A stretch of DNA of 58,706 nucleotides, the filler included, from Hemiscyllium ocellatum (taxonomy: Eukaryota): the NCBI RefSeq assembly GCF_020745735.1. It is 4 parts of 4 records of this genome, joined end to end, with 100 filler letters (N's around TTAATTAATTAA, not from the genome) between each part and the next. Parts side by side here need not be neighbours in the genome. Positions count along the whole stretch, not along the records: positions 19,413 to 47,251 come from NC_083448.1; 3 more parts are not named here. One strand, written 5' to 3'. Shown here one piece after another: positions 22,978 to 35,420 of this stretch (its first letter is position 1; each line of letters begins with the position of its first letter). Position numbers and translations under genes: made by a program. The notes under the pieces were generated by a model. It ran no database searches, was not told the DNA's origin, and saw only the letters and a list, made by a program, of their open reading frames with translations.

Positions 22978-23186
22978 AGATGTGCAGTCCTGTTGGGGAG
23001 CAGGCTGCTCTGAGGAACATCCTGCAGTTCCTGTTTGCTGCACACCACCTTCCTCCGCACCTCGGGGTAACTGGCTCCTTTTGGTCTCTCCTCGATGCAG
23101 ATGCATGTGTTGGTGAGCAACTGTGAGCAGCAGTCAGCCTGGGAGAGCAGGCACAGGAAGAAGACGAGCCTGGGGCACAGCTTCAT
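22978..23186 (-). CDS. ADGRA2: Adhesion GPCR A2 (GPR124/TEM5) coding exon 1: signal peptide and LRR N-cap
   Basis: ATG at 23186; MKLCPRLVFFLCLLSQADCCSQLLTNTCICIEERPKGASYPEVRRKVVCSKQELQDVPQSSLLPNRTAHL matches the ADGRA2 pattern C-x-C..ERPKG...RR(R/K)VVCS...LLPN. Phase-2 donor CT|gtgagt at 22977. Adjacent to PLPBP as in human. Confidence 0.9.
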
Positions 23187-23868
23187 CGCTGTGTCTGTGT
23201 GTGTGAGAGAGAGAGAGTCTGCTCTGGCAGCCCAAACACCAAACCTCTTGTCAAACTTCACAGACACACTGCCTTCCGTCTGAGCCCACTGGGTGGGGGC
23301 ATTCCAAAGCCCCTTCTTCTCTTCTCTCTCTCTCTCTCTTATCCAGGGAAATGTGCCACCGTGTCCCAATCTGCTTCCTGAAGCCTTAGCCTCTTCCTTG
23401 ACGCAAATTGGATTCCGTTACTTAGTCCCGTCTGCTTTCTGCAACTCAGAAATGTCCTGGGCTTAAAAAAAACCCCCACAGACACAGCACAGTCCAACTC
23501 CATGCAGCACCCACAAGGAAAGAAAAAGGGGCAGGAACCTTCTGCAGGTTTGTCCTGTCGGTTTTCCAAGCTGCCAGTTCCCGGGACGGGGGGGAACAGA
23601 GAGGGAAATTCTTTTCTTTTTAAAACATTAACAACAGCAGCAGCGGCTCTCCCTCTCAATCCCACATCAGGCAGAGAGAGAGAGAGAGAGAGAAACTCCC
23701 TCTGGGTCCTAAAGCCATTCTCAGGCAGACTTGAACAGCTCCCCCCCAACAACAAGGTCTCACTGAGACATTAAAGTTCGCCTCAGGACTTAGTGCAGCC
23801 CAGGAAACTTCAATCCCCCAACTCAGCAAGATAGAAGCTGGACAAAGTCGGCAAGCGATGGCCTGGGG

Positions 23869-24130
23869 AGATTATCACTGGGTTATTCACTCAGAGACCC
23901 AGGTTCAAGTCCTGCTAAAGGAGGTGGTGGAATTTTAATTCAATAAACACTTGGAATTAAGACTGTGGTGATGACCATGAATCCATTGTTCACTAGAAAG
24001 GAAACTGCCATCCTTATCTGGTCTGGCCTACATGTGACTCCTGACCCACCACAATGTGGTTGGCTCTGAGCAATTAGGGATGGGCAATACACATTGGCCC
24101 GGCCAGTGATACCCTCATTCAGTGAATGAA
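23869..24130 (+). mobile_element. tRNA-headed shark SINE
   Basis: B-box 'ggttcaagtcc', 'ggaaactgccatccttatctggtctggcctacatgtgactcc', tail 'gggatgggcaat'. Confidence 0.8.
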
Positions 24131-24159
24131 TAAAACAAAACAAAAACACAGGGACCAGG

Positions 24160-25130
24160 GACAACAGGAGGAGGCCATTCGGCCCCTCCGTTCAGTCAGA
24201 TCACTCCTGATCTGTCTGTGTTTGGGATCCCACATTCCCATCTCTCACTGACCACCTTTGATCCCTCTGTCCAACACCAGTCCATCCACCTCTGTCTGTC
24301 TGGAAAAGATTCAATGACCTCAGCCCCACCACTTCCTGAGGCAGAACGTTCCAAACTCACACAACCCTCTGAGGGAAAACAAACCAACATTGTCCTCATC
24401 TCTGTCCTGAAACGGAGATCCCTCATATTAAAACAGTGTCTCCTAATCCTGGACTCCACTCCATGAGGCAGCCTGTTTTCCATGTGCCCCTTGTTGGGAG
24501 CTCCTCATCAGGGTCTCCTAGACTTCAGTCAGGTCAGCCTGTCGCTCTTGTGCTGTCCAGTGGGAACAAACCCAGTTCTGGTGAACCTCTCCTCACCAAG
24601 CAACTCATTCGTTCCAGGGATCAGTCCAGTAAACCTCCCCTTATCTTCCTTCAAAGCATTTACATCCGTCCTTAAGCAGAGAGACCAAAAATCTGCACAA
24701 TATCTGAGTTGTGGTCTCTCCAATGTCCTGTGTCACTGAAATATCAGCTCCTTACTTTGACTCCTGTTAGTATAAAGGATAGCATCTCATGAGCTCTCTT
24801 GACTACGTGCTGTACCTGCTGGCTAATGTTTTGTGACTCGTACGCTTGAGGACCTTGATCCTTTTGTACCTGAGAATTCTGCAGACATTCACCATTTAAA
24901 TCATCCACCTTTTACTCTTCCTGCCAAAGTGAACAGGTTCACATTTCATCACGTTGTGCTCTGTCAGGTTGATATGCACTCACTGAACACATCCACAACC
25001 ATTGGTAACCTCCTCACATCTCCTTCACAACATACCTTCCCACTGTTCTTTGTGTCATCTGTGAATTTAGCCTCCATGCCTGCGGTCCCCTCATCAGAAT
25101 TCTTAATATCAGTTGTAAAATGCTGAAGTT
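24160..25130 (-). mobile_element. Decayed CR1 RT 3' region
   Basis: Minus translation 'RPQLRYCADFWSLCLRTDVNALK', plus a CR1-type 3' end at about 24165-24200. Confidence 0.8.
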
Positions 25131-25389
25131 ACAGCAGAAATCCCTGCGAGACATTCGATCTCGCAAATAAATACCATTCAACAGGCTCTCTGTTTTCAAC
25201 TGGCCAGCCAGTTTTCTCCCAGTGCTGACACATGATCCCCAACACTACAAACCTTGACATTCCCACAATAATCTTTCAGTTGGCAGCTTATCAAATGCCT
25301 CTGTTAACAGCTGAACTTCCCTCTCAGCTCTCCACTCACAAACCCCTTCAGCGCTCATGCTCAGGAAGCAACTCAGTGCTGAAGACAGA

Positions 25390-25760
25390 TCTGAGATAGA
25401 TAAACAGACTGATCGACCGAACTAAGGCACTGTGCATGTTTCCACTGATGGCTGAGTCCTGAACCAAAGGATACAGTTTAAAAGTAAGGGGTGGGCCATT
25501 TAGGACAGAGATGAGGAGAAACTTCTTCACCCAGAGAGTGGTGGCTGTGTGGAATGCTCTGCCCCAGAGGGCAGTGGAGGCCCAGTCTCTGGATACTTTC
25601 AACAAAGAGATGGACAGAATGCTGAAAGATAGTGGAATCAAGGGATAAGGCAGGAACAGGATACTGATTGAGGATGATCAGCCATGATCATAATGAATGG
25701 TGGTGCTGGCTTGAAGGGCAGAATGGCCTACTCCTGCACCTGTTGTTTAATGTCTATTGT
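25390..25760 (+). mobile_element. CR1 3' end
   Basis: 'gagatgaggagaaacttcttcacccagagagtggtggctgtgtggaatgctctgcc' and 'gcagaatggcctactcctgc'. Confidence 0.85.
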
Positions 25761-25998
25761 TGACTACACTGAAAGCTTGTGATTTCAAATAGACCTGGTG
25801 GACTAAAGCCTGGTGTTGCGTGACTTCTGGCATTTTTATTCAGCCATTGAATTAAGGGATCTGGGCCTAAAGCAAGGACAAGGAGTTAGAATACAGATCA
25901 GCAATGATCTCACTGATTGGTGGAAAAGACTTGGCAGGGGGGAATGGCTTTCTGTTGTTCCTATGTTGAAGGAAGGGGAAGACTCTCCAAGCAACCTT

Positions 25999-26885
25999 CT
26001 GTCAGAGACTCAGTACGGAGGGAGTGCCGCACTGTCAGAGGGTCAGTACTGAGGGAGTGCTGCACTGTCGGAGGGTCAGTGCTGAGGGAGTGCCGCACTG
26101 TCAGAGGGTCAGTGCTGAGGGAGTGCTGCACTGTCAGAGGGTCAGTACTGAGGGAGTGCCGCACTGTCAGAGGGTCAGTACGGAGGGAGTGCCGCACTGT
26201 CAGAGGGTCAGTACTGAGGGAGTGCCGCACTGTCAGAGGGTCAGTACTGAGGGAATGGGCACTGTCAGAGGAACAGTACGGAGGGAGTGCTGCACTGTCA
26301 GAGGGTCAGTACTGAGGGAGTGCTGCACTGTAAGGGGTCAGTACTGAGGGAGTGCTGCACTGTCAGAGGGTCAGTACTGAGGGAATGGGCACTGTCAGAG
26401 GAACAGTACGGAGGGAGTGCTGCACTGTCAGAGGGTCAGTACTGAGGGAGTGCCGCACTGTCAGAGACTCAGTACTGAGGGAGTGCTGCACTGTCAGAGG
26501 GTCAGTACTGAGGGAGTGCCGCACTGTCAGAGGGTCAGTGCTGAGGGAGTGCTGCACTGTCAGAGGGTCAGTACTGAGGGAATGGGCACTGTCAGAGGAA
26601 CAGTACGGAGGGAGTGCTGCACTGTCAGAGGGTCAGTACTGAGGGAGTGCTGCACTGTAGGGGGTCAGTACTGAGTGAGTGCCGCACTGTCAGAGGAACA
26701 GTACTGAGGGAGTGCTGCACTGTAGGGGGTCAGTACTGAGGGAGTGCCGCACTGTCAGAGGAACAGTACTGAGGGAGTGCTGCACTGTCAGAGGGTCAGT
26801 ACTGAGGGAGTGCTGCACTGTAGGGGGTTCGTGCTGAGGGAATGGGCACTGTCAGAGGGTCAGTACTGAGAGAGTGCTGCAATGT
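25999..26885 (+). repeat. 33-bp minisatellite, about 27 units, with 32-bp variants
   Basis: Unit 'gggagtgc(c/t)gcactgtcagagggtcagtactga'; period 33 checked at 26041 and 26074. Confidence 0.95.
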
Positions 26886-27195
26886 TGGAGATTATATCTT
26901 TTCTAGGCGATGTTGAACTATGGTCTCCTCTGCCCTCTCAGTTGGATGTTAAAGTATCTGCTGCCACAATTTTGAATGATCAAGGAGTTCTGCCTGAAGA
27001 CCCCTCCAACGTGTTTCCCACACCTCAGTAAAACTGGTCACATTATTACCCTGCTCTCAGTGGGAAACTCCTGTTAATAAAATGGCTGCACACACCGTCT
27101 ATGACAGTACAAGAAGGCACAGTCCTGATGGCTTTGAAACCTTTTGGGACATCCTGGGTTTGTGTAAAACACTTTCCAAATACAAGACTTCCTCT
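26886..27195 (+). mobile_element. Decayed Deu-domain SINE body continuing from the minisatellite
   Basis: 'tctgccctctcagttggatgttaaag', 'cacattattaccctgctctcagtggga', 'tttgggacatcctggg...aatacaagacttcc'. Confidence 0.65.
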
Positions 27196-28869
27196 TTCCT
27201 TCTTTCCAAAGTGTTGCTCTTTGGTCTGTGCTGAACCTCCTGTCTCCCAGATCCAATGGTGCTGAACTCCTCACCTCCACCTCTGCCTTTTCATTCCAAA
27301 GCTTGGGTTACAAGCCTCTGTGGGTCAGTTGTGTGTCAGCTCTGTCCAGGCTGCAGTTTTATAACAGCCTGTCTCACTGAACACTAACATTGTGTCGCGC
27401 TGAAGGCTGGGTCTGTTTTTCTAACAGCTGCCATCAAATAAAGATTGAAATGTGAGTCATAAATTACAAGAGCTTTTCGCAGCGCACTGCACATCTGTAA
27501 AACATTTCCGACAAACGTGCTGCCCAAGTGTGGTGTTAAATTCAATAAATCAATGAAAAAATATTCCTTGTTTTGCACAAAGGGCCTTTCTGAGGAAAGG
27601 GAAATGTGACTATCCTGAATTATTAGTTTACAGCTCTGGCACCCACATTTGCACAAAGACTGTACACATGGAGAGTGTGTGTGTGTGTGTGTGTGTGCAC
27701 AGAAGCATGTTCACATTTACACTCACGTATGTACAGAGATGCACACAGGGAAGCTAAACACAGCAACATATACGTATTCAAACACACACACTCTGTAAAT
27801 AAATCAAAAGCTATGTCTGTCGACAATCCTTGGTCTAGATTCATAATGGAAATGGTCCATGTCAACATGTCACGCTACAGCACCACCCCTTGGCAGGGAC
27901 ATGCAATTGCAATTCCTTGACAGTTCCCAAGATTCATGTGAAACAAGGAAGTGGCCTTGAACTTGGAGCCCAGAAACTAGCCATTTCAGCCAAGGGTTTG
28001 TGCCAGTGTCTGCCTTATCACCGTTTTCCCCACCCTCTTCACCTCAGCTGAATGGACAAAACATTCTTCTTGTTCTTTCCTGATTTATCAAACTTCGTTT
28101 GGATGCATTACCCCTCTCCCTCTCCACTGCTCCCTTTGGTAGAGAGTTCCATGTTCCTATCACTCTCTGAGAGAATCGGCTCTTCCTCAATTTGTTACAA
28201 AAACACAGCCAGAGTGTCTGATATCAAATTGGGAAGAAACTGTTTGAATGGAGTCTAAGTTCACTTCACCCAAGGACTATCCTCAGTCTTTGGCCCATCT
28301 GCAGAAACATAGATTTCATGCAATATCTTATCACTCCACGGGTGTCAATGCAGTCTCACCGTCTGCATTTTATCCTTGATCTGTGCTGACGTTTTGAATA
28401 CCCGCACACTGAGAGTGTCCTTTGGGGGCACCTCAGTTAAGGTCCCTGCTCCATCGACAATGTCAGATGCCTATTCTGGATTGTTTGCCAATGTTCGGAG
28501 CCCAACTGGAGTGATTACTGCACAAAGTCAGATCCCAGAATGAAACCTGCTTGGTAGATCACAGCTTGTTGTCATCTTATTTGACAAGGTGATCTCTCAC
28601 TGAAACACAGACATACAAATGCTGCAAATATGGTTTTACTAATAAAACAGAAGTTTATTCCACAAAAGAAAAGATGATAAAATGGAAGAGACAAAGCATC
28701 TGTGCACGGCAACATTATAAAAATACAGATTCCATCTATCCCAACAACACTCCTTTACAGTACTGGCACACCAGAGAGAATTCCCCGTTCTATCACATCC
28801 ATGTACTATACAGACCCCCATAATCATCAGGAAATTTGTAAGGAGATTTGTAAGGAGTATTCTGTAAGA

Positions 28870-30972
28870 ATAATAGGGCTTTAATGGTAGGGGATTTTAA
28901 CTTTCCAAATATCGACTGGGACCATCATCGTGTGAAGGGCTCAGACAGAAAGGAATTTGTTAAGTGTGTACAAGAACATTTTTTGATTCAGTATGTGGAT
29001 GAATCTACTCAAGAAGAAACTAAACTTGACCTACTCTTGGGAAATAAGGCAGGGCAAGGAGTCAGTGGGGGAGCACTTTGGGGCCAGCGACCACAATTCC
29101 ATCAGTTTAAAAATAATGGTGGGAAAGGTTAGATCAGATTTAAACATTAAAGTTCTAAACTGGAGGAAAGCTCCTTTTGATGGTATTAGGCAAGAGCTTT
29201 CAAAAGTTCATGAGGGGGAGATGTTCGCAGGTGAAAGTACGGCTGGGCAACAGGTAGTCCTGAAACATGAGATAACAAAAGGGACAGTATTATCCTAGGA
29301 GGGTGAAAGGCAAGGCTGGATGACTAGAGAAATGGAGAGTTTGGTGAAGAAAAACAAGGAAGCATATACCAGGTATAGAGAGGAGAATGATTCCTTACAA
29401 GAGTATACTGAAGAGGGAAATCAGGAGGGCAAAAAGGGGACTTAAGGTAGCTTTGGCAATTGGGGTTAAGGAGATTCTAAAGGGATTCTCCAAACAGATA
29501 TGAGGACACAAGGGTAACTGGGGAGAGAATAGGGCCCCTCAAAGATCAGCAAGGCAGCCTTTGTGTGGAGCCACAAGAAATGGGGGAGATACTAAATGAG
29601 TATCTTGCATCAGTATTTATCGAAGGGAAGGGCATGGAAGGTATAGAATATGGGGAAATAGTTGGTTATATCTTGAAAAATGTCCATATTACAGAGGAAG
29701 AAGTGCTGGAAATGCAAAAAAGTGACTAAAGGGATCTGATCAAGTGTAACCTTGAACTTTGTATGAAGCTAGAGAAGTGATTGCTGGGCCTCTTGGTGAG
29801 ATATTTGTATCATCGATAGTCACAGGTGAGGTGCTGAAGACTGAAGGTGGCAAACGTGGTGCCACTGTTTAAGAAGGGCGGTAAGGACAAGCCAGGGAAC
29901 TATAGACTGGTGAGCCTGACCTCAGTGGTGGGCAAGTTGTTGGAGGAATCCTAAGAGACAGGATTTATATGTATTTGGAAAGATAAGGACTGATTAGGGA
30001 TAGTCAACATGGCTTTGCGTGTGGGAAATCATGTCTCACAAACTTGATTGAGTTTTTTGAGGAAGTGATGAAGAGGATTGATGAGGGCAGAGCAGTAGAC
30101 GTGATCTATATGGACTTAAGTAAGGCGTTTGACAAGGTTTCCCATGGGAGACTGGTTAGCAAGGTTAGATCTCACAGAATACAGGGAGAACTAGCCATTT
30201 GGATACAAAACTGGCTCAAAGGTAGGAGACAGAGGGTGGTGGTGGAAGGTTGTTTTTCAGACTGGAGGCCTGTGACCAGTGGAGTGCCACAAGGATCGGT
30301 GTTGGGCCCTTTACTTTTTGTCATTTACATAAATCATTTGGATGTGAACATAGGTGGCAAAGTTAGTAAGTTTGCAGCTGACACCAAAATTGGAGGTGTA
30401 GCTCATAGGGAAGAAGGTTACCTCAGATTACGACAGGATCTTGATTAGATGGACCAATGGGCTGAGGAGTGGCAGATGGAGTTTCAGTTAGATCAATGTG
30501 AGGTGCTGCATTTTGGAAAAGCAAATTGATTTGAGCTATACGGAGAGGTTGAACAGGCTGGGGCTGCTTTCCCTGGAGTGTCGGAGGCTGAGGGGTGACC
30601 TTATTGAGGTTTATGAAATCATGAGGGGCATGGATAGGGTAAAGAGACAAGGTGTTTTCCCTGAGGTCGGGGAGTCCAAAACAAGAGGGCATAGGTTTAG
30701 GGTGAGAGGGGTAAGATATAAAAGAGACCTATGGGGCAACTTTTTCACACAGAGTGTGGTATGTGTATGGAATGAGCTGCCAGAGGAAGTGGTGGAGGCT
30801 GGTACAATTACAGCATTTAAAAGGCATCTGGATGGGTGTGTGAATAGGAAGGGTTTGGAGGGATATGGGCCGGGTGCTGTTAAATGGGACTAGATTAGGT
30901 TAGGATATCTGGTCGGCGTGGACAAGTTGGACCGAAGGGTCTGTTTCCGTGCTGTATATGTCCATGACTCTA
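28870..30972 (+). mobile_element. HER1/CR1 LINE ORF2 with internal deletions and intact 3' tail
   Basis: 'VGDFNFPNIDW' (endonuclease), 'IYMDLSKAFDKV...GVPQGSVLGPLLFVIYIN...KFAADTKIGG' (RT), tail 'ttggaccgaagggtctgtttccgtgctgta...gactcta'. Confidence 0.93.
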
Positions 30973-31560
30973 AGAAAAGCAAGAGGCCTGTAGCAGATTT
31001 TTCTCTTCTTTTCGAATGAGAAATTCCAGGAATTTTTATATGATGCCTGTGGCAACAGCAATTTTGTAACATTGACGCACTTTAATGTGGCTGCTGCCGA
31101 CTCTAATTAGACAGGCACTAAGTTTCCGTGTCTGTGTGGTCCACTCTCGCCCTCTGGTGTATCGCCACAGTACCGAAACAACTCTCAGTCACTCACTCCT
31201 CGTTAGCCACGCAAGTCACTTCCCAAAAATCCTTGGATTCTGCAGAATTACTGCAGGATTGACCCCATTCAATCTGAAATTCCCTTCCTAATGAAGAAAT
31301 TCAGGATACCTCACTGAATGTTTCTAAGGCAAAGATAGACGGGGAGATTTTTGAACAGTAAATGAATTAAGGGCTCTGCTGTGAGAGCAACCAAGAGGAG
31401 TGAAGCCCATAAAAAGATCAACCATTATCTTATTGAATGGCAGAAAAGGCTGGAAAGGCCAGATGGCCAGCTCCTGGTTCTTATGCTCTTCTGTAAATCG
31501 GGTCAAATTAATTTATTCAAGCTTGACATGCAAGTCTCAACCAGAGTAGAGAGAGGGGAA

Positions 31561-31662
31561 GCTGAAAATGTGTTGCTGGAAAAGTGCAGCCGGTCTGGCA
31601 GCATCTCCTGCTCCTTGGATGCTGCCTGACCTGCTGCACTTTTCCAGCAACACATTTTCAGC
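31561..31662. repeat. Inverted repeat with about 45-bp arms, derived from a PLE terminus
   Basis: Left arm 31561-31605 'gctgaaaatgtgttgctggaaaagtgcagc...ggcagcatc' pairs with 31618-31662; 12-nt loop. The same sequence occurs at the PLE fragment end 35011-35060. Confidence 0.85.
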
Positions 31663-31879
31663 TCTGATCTCCAGCATCTGCAGTCCTCACTTTCTCCTAG
31701 AGAGAGGGGAACCAGATGTGTTGCATTTAGACTTCAGAGTACCTCACAAAAGATTAAGTCAAAAACCCAACATCATGCAGATAAGGTGCAGAGAAAGATC
31801 AACACTAATACCTGAGCAGTCCATTCATAAGTCTGGGAACAGCAGGGAAGAAGCTGCTCTTTAATCTGTTGGTTCATGT

Positions 31880-34800
31880 ATTGATATTGAGGTACTAAAC
31901 AGGCATGATGAGAGAGAATTAGCTCATGGACAAGAGGATAAAGGGTCTCGTTTTCAGGTTGGTGACCTGTGACCAGTGTTGTTCCACAGGAATCAGTGCT
32001 GGGACCACAGCTATTTACAATGTACATTAATGACTGAGGAAGGAAGTGAATGTACTACAGCCACATTTGCAAATGACACAAAAATAGGTGGAAAGGCAGG
32101 TTATGTTCTGGATTGAAACTGTTGACAGAGAGAGATTGATACATTCTGTCAGTGGACAAAAAGTCAGCAAATGGAGTATAGTGTAGGAAAATATGAAATG
32201 GTTCATTTTGACTGGGAGAAAAAAGATCAGAGTATTACTGAAATGGAGAAAAGCTGCAGAAAATTGCAACACAAGGACTCAGGGGGACTTGTGCATGTGT
32301 CACACAAGCGCAGCACATCAGCAGGAAGGCTCATGGAGGATTGGCCTTCATTTCCAAAGGGTTGGAGTATCAGAGAAGGGAAATTTCACTGCAACTGTGC
32401 AAGGTGCTGATGAGACCACATCTGGAATACTGACAGCAGTTTCGGTCCCCTCATTAAAGGAAGGATATCATTGAACTGGAAGCACTTTACAGGAGGTTCA
32501 CTGGGATGATCCGTGGTCTGGATGGACTGGCTTATGAGCAAAGATTAAAGACATTGGCATTATGAAAAATGGGAGGTGACCTCATTGAATCAGAGAAGAC
32601 TATTAAGGTAAATGCTGAGAGGATGCTTTCCCTCCTTGGAGAGTTGAGGACGAGTGGGCACAGTCTCAGAATAAAGGAGCACCAATTTAAGACTGAGCTG
32701 AGGAGGAATTTCTTCTCTCAGACGATTGAGTGTCTTTGGTACTGTTTGCCCCAGAGAGTGTGGGGGAAGAGTCCTTGTAAGTGTTTAAGGCTGAGATTCA
32801 TCGACTTTTTGAGCAGCTGGTGAATCAAGGGTTCGGGGCATAGAGCAGGAAATGCTTTGATCAGGGAATTTAAGGTAAAAGAGCCCCTAGGAGGCAATGA
32901 TCATAATATCATTGAATTTACTCTGCGCTTGAGAGGGAGAAGATAGAATCAGAGGTAATGGTATTACAGCTGAATAAAGGCAACTACAGAGGCATGAGGG
33001 AGGAGCTGGGCAGAATTGACTGGGAGAGGAGCCCAGCAGGAAATACAATGAAACAGCAGTGGCAGGACTTTCTGGGAGTAATTCAGGAAACACAGGAGAG
33101 ATTCATCTTGAGGTAAAAGATGCATGGTCCAGGGAGGATGAAGCAACCATGGCTGACTAGGGAAGTCAGGGACAGCATAAAAACCAAAGAGAAAGTGTAT
33201 AAATGTGGCCAAGGGGAGTGGAAAACCAGAGGATTGGGAAGCTTACAAAGACCAACCAAGGGCAATTAAAAAAAGAGGAAGAAGATTAAATGTGAGGGTG
33301 ACTGAGCTAGGAATATTAAGCAAGATCTTCAGAGTTTCCTTTGACATATAAAAGGCAAAAGACAGGCAAACATGGACATCGGGCTGCAGGAAATGATGCT
33401 GGAGAGATAGTAGTGGGGAACAAGGAAATGGCTGAGGAACTGAATAATTACTATGTGTCAGTCTTCATGGTGGAAGACAGGAGTAATATCCTACATATTC
33501 AAGAGAGTGACGGGGCAAAGCTGAGGATGGTGGCCATCACCAAGGGGAAGGTGCTAGAAAAACTGAATGGCCTCAAGGTGGATAAATGACCTGGACCAGA
33601 TGGACTACAACGCAGTGTTCTAAAGGAGATAGCTGAATAGATAGTGGAGGAGTTACTGGTGATCTTTCAGGAATCGCTAGAGTCAGGGAAGGCCTCAGAG
33701 GACTGGAAAATCGCTAATGTGACACCCCTGTTTAAAAAAGGAGTCAGGCAAAAGATGGAAAATTATAGACCGATTAGCAGAACCTCAGTCATGGGTAAGA
33801 TTTTGGAGTCCATTGTGAAGGATGAGATTTCTGAACACTGGAAGTGTGTGGTAAAATAGGGCCAAGTCAGCATGGTATGATCAAGGGGAGGTCATGCCTG
33901 ACAGATCTGTTAGAAATCTTTGAGGAACTAAGAAGCAGGTTAGACCAAGGAGAGCCAATGGATGTTATCTATCTGAACTTCCAGAAGGCTTTTGACAAGG
34001 TCCCGCACAATAGGCTACTGAATAAGACAAGGGCCCATGGTGTCAGAGGCAAGGTGCTAGCACGGATAGAAGCTTGGCTGTCTGACAGAAAGCAGAGAGT
34101 GGCGATACAAGGGTCCTTCTCAGGATGGCAGCCAGTGTTCCACAAGGCTCAGTGCTGGGACCACACCTTTCATTTTATGCATTAATGAGCTATATGAGGG
34201 AACTAGGAGAACTTTGGTTAAATGTGCAGATGATATAAAGATAGGTAGTGGGACAACTAACATTGAGGAGGCAAGGAGGCTGCAGAAGGATTTGGACAGG
34301 TTAGGAGAGTGGGCAAAGAAGTGGCAGATGGAGTACAATGTGGGAAAGTGTGAGGTCATGCACTTTGGAAGGAATGATAGAAGCATGGATTAGTTTCTAA
34401 ATGGGGGGAAAATTCAGAAGTCTGAGGTGCAAAGAGACTTGGGAGTTCCAGTCCAGGATTCTGTCAAGATAAACTTGCAGGTTGAGTCAGTAGTTAGGAA
34501 GGCAAATGCGATGTTGGCATTTCTTTTGAGAGGACTTGGATATAAAAGCAGGAGAGAAATGTGTGCTGCTGAAAACCAGGGAACATCCTAGAAGCAGGAG
34601 TGTCAACATTTCAGGCATAAGCCCTTCATCAGGAATGTGGAGGGGAGGAAGGGGGCTGAGAGATCATTTGGAGGGTGGGAGAGAATGAGAAGCTTACCGT
34701 TTAAGGAAGATTTGAGGACTCTAAGTCTATACTCGATAGAAGGATGAGGGAGGGGGATGTAATTGAAACTTACAGAGTATATAATGGCCAGGACAGAGGG

Positions 34801-35010
34801 GACATTGAGAAGGTCTTTTCCATTGGTAGGAGAGATTAGGACCCAAGAGCACAGCCTGAGAGTATAAAGGAAGACCTTTTAGAACAGAGATAAGGAGAAA
34901 CCTCTTCAGCCAGAGAGTGGGGAATCTCTGGAATTCACTGCCACAGAAGGCTGTGGAGGTCAGGTCACTGAGTGAATTTATGACTGAGATAGATAGCTTC
35001 TTGATTGTTG
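31880..35010 (+). mobile_element. Two tandem degenerate CR1 ORF2 segments, with a PLE fragment at about 34553-34690
   Basis: RT motifs 'ANVTPLFKKG', 'IYLNFQKAFDKVPH', 'NLWNSLPQKAVE'; a new endonuclease-RT linker starts near 32880. Confidence 0.9.
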
Positions 35011-35420
35011 AAAACTGTGTTGCTGGAAAAGCGCAGCAGGTCAGGCAGCATCCAAGGAGCAGGAGAGTCGACGTTCCTGGCATAAGCCCTTCTTCAGGAA
35101 TGAGGAAAGTGTGTCCAGCAGGCTAAGATAAAAGGTAGGGAGGAGGGACTTGGGGGAGGGGCGATGGAGATGCGATAGGTGGAAGGAGGTCAAGGTGAGG
35201 GTGATAGGCCGGAGTGGGGTGGGGGCGGAGAGGTCAGGAAGAAGATTGCAGGTTAGGAGGGCGGTGCTGAGTTCGAGGGAACGACTGAGACAAGGTGGGG
35301 GGAGGGGAAATGAGGAAACTGGAGAAATCTGAGTTCATCCCTTGTGGTTGGAGGGTTCCCAGGCGGAAGATGAGGCGTTTTTCCTCCAACCGTCGTGTTG
35401 TTATGGTCAACTTTCACACC
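35011..35420 (-). mobile_element. Penelope-like element 3' terminal fragment
   Basis: 'gaagatgaggcgtttttcctccaac' matches the reverse complement of the GIY-YIG C-terminal 'LEEERLIF' region; terminus carries a hammerhead-like core. Confidence 0.75.

Noticed and set aside
11361-22978. Fusion transcript of ADGRA2 exon 1 spliced to C-kappa A (same strand)
   Set aside because: The phase-2 donor joined to the phase-1 acceptor gives CTG CCG TGA, an immediate stop, and the two exons are separated by an artificial join.
23187-23369. N-terminal extension of ADGRA2 suggested by the ORF track
   Set aside because: It starts at TTG, crosses GA microsatellites and would bury the signal peptide that follows the ATG at 23186.
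25917-26674. Several ORFs with 11-aa repeats (ECCTVRGSVLR etc.), or a CRISPR-like array
   Set aside because: They are translations of the 33-bp minisatellite. There are no unique spacers or cas genes, and the DNA is eukaryotic.
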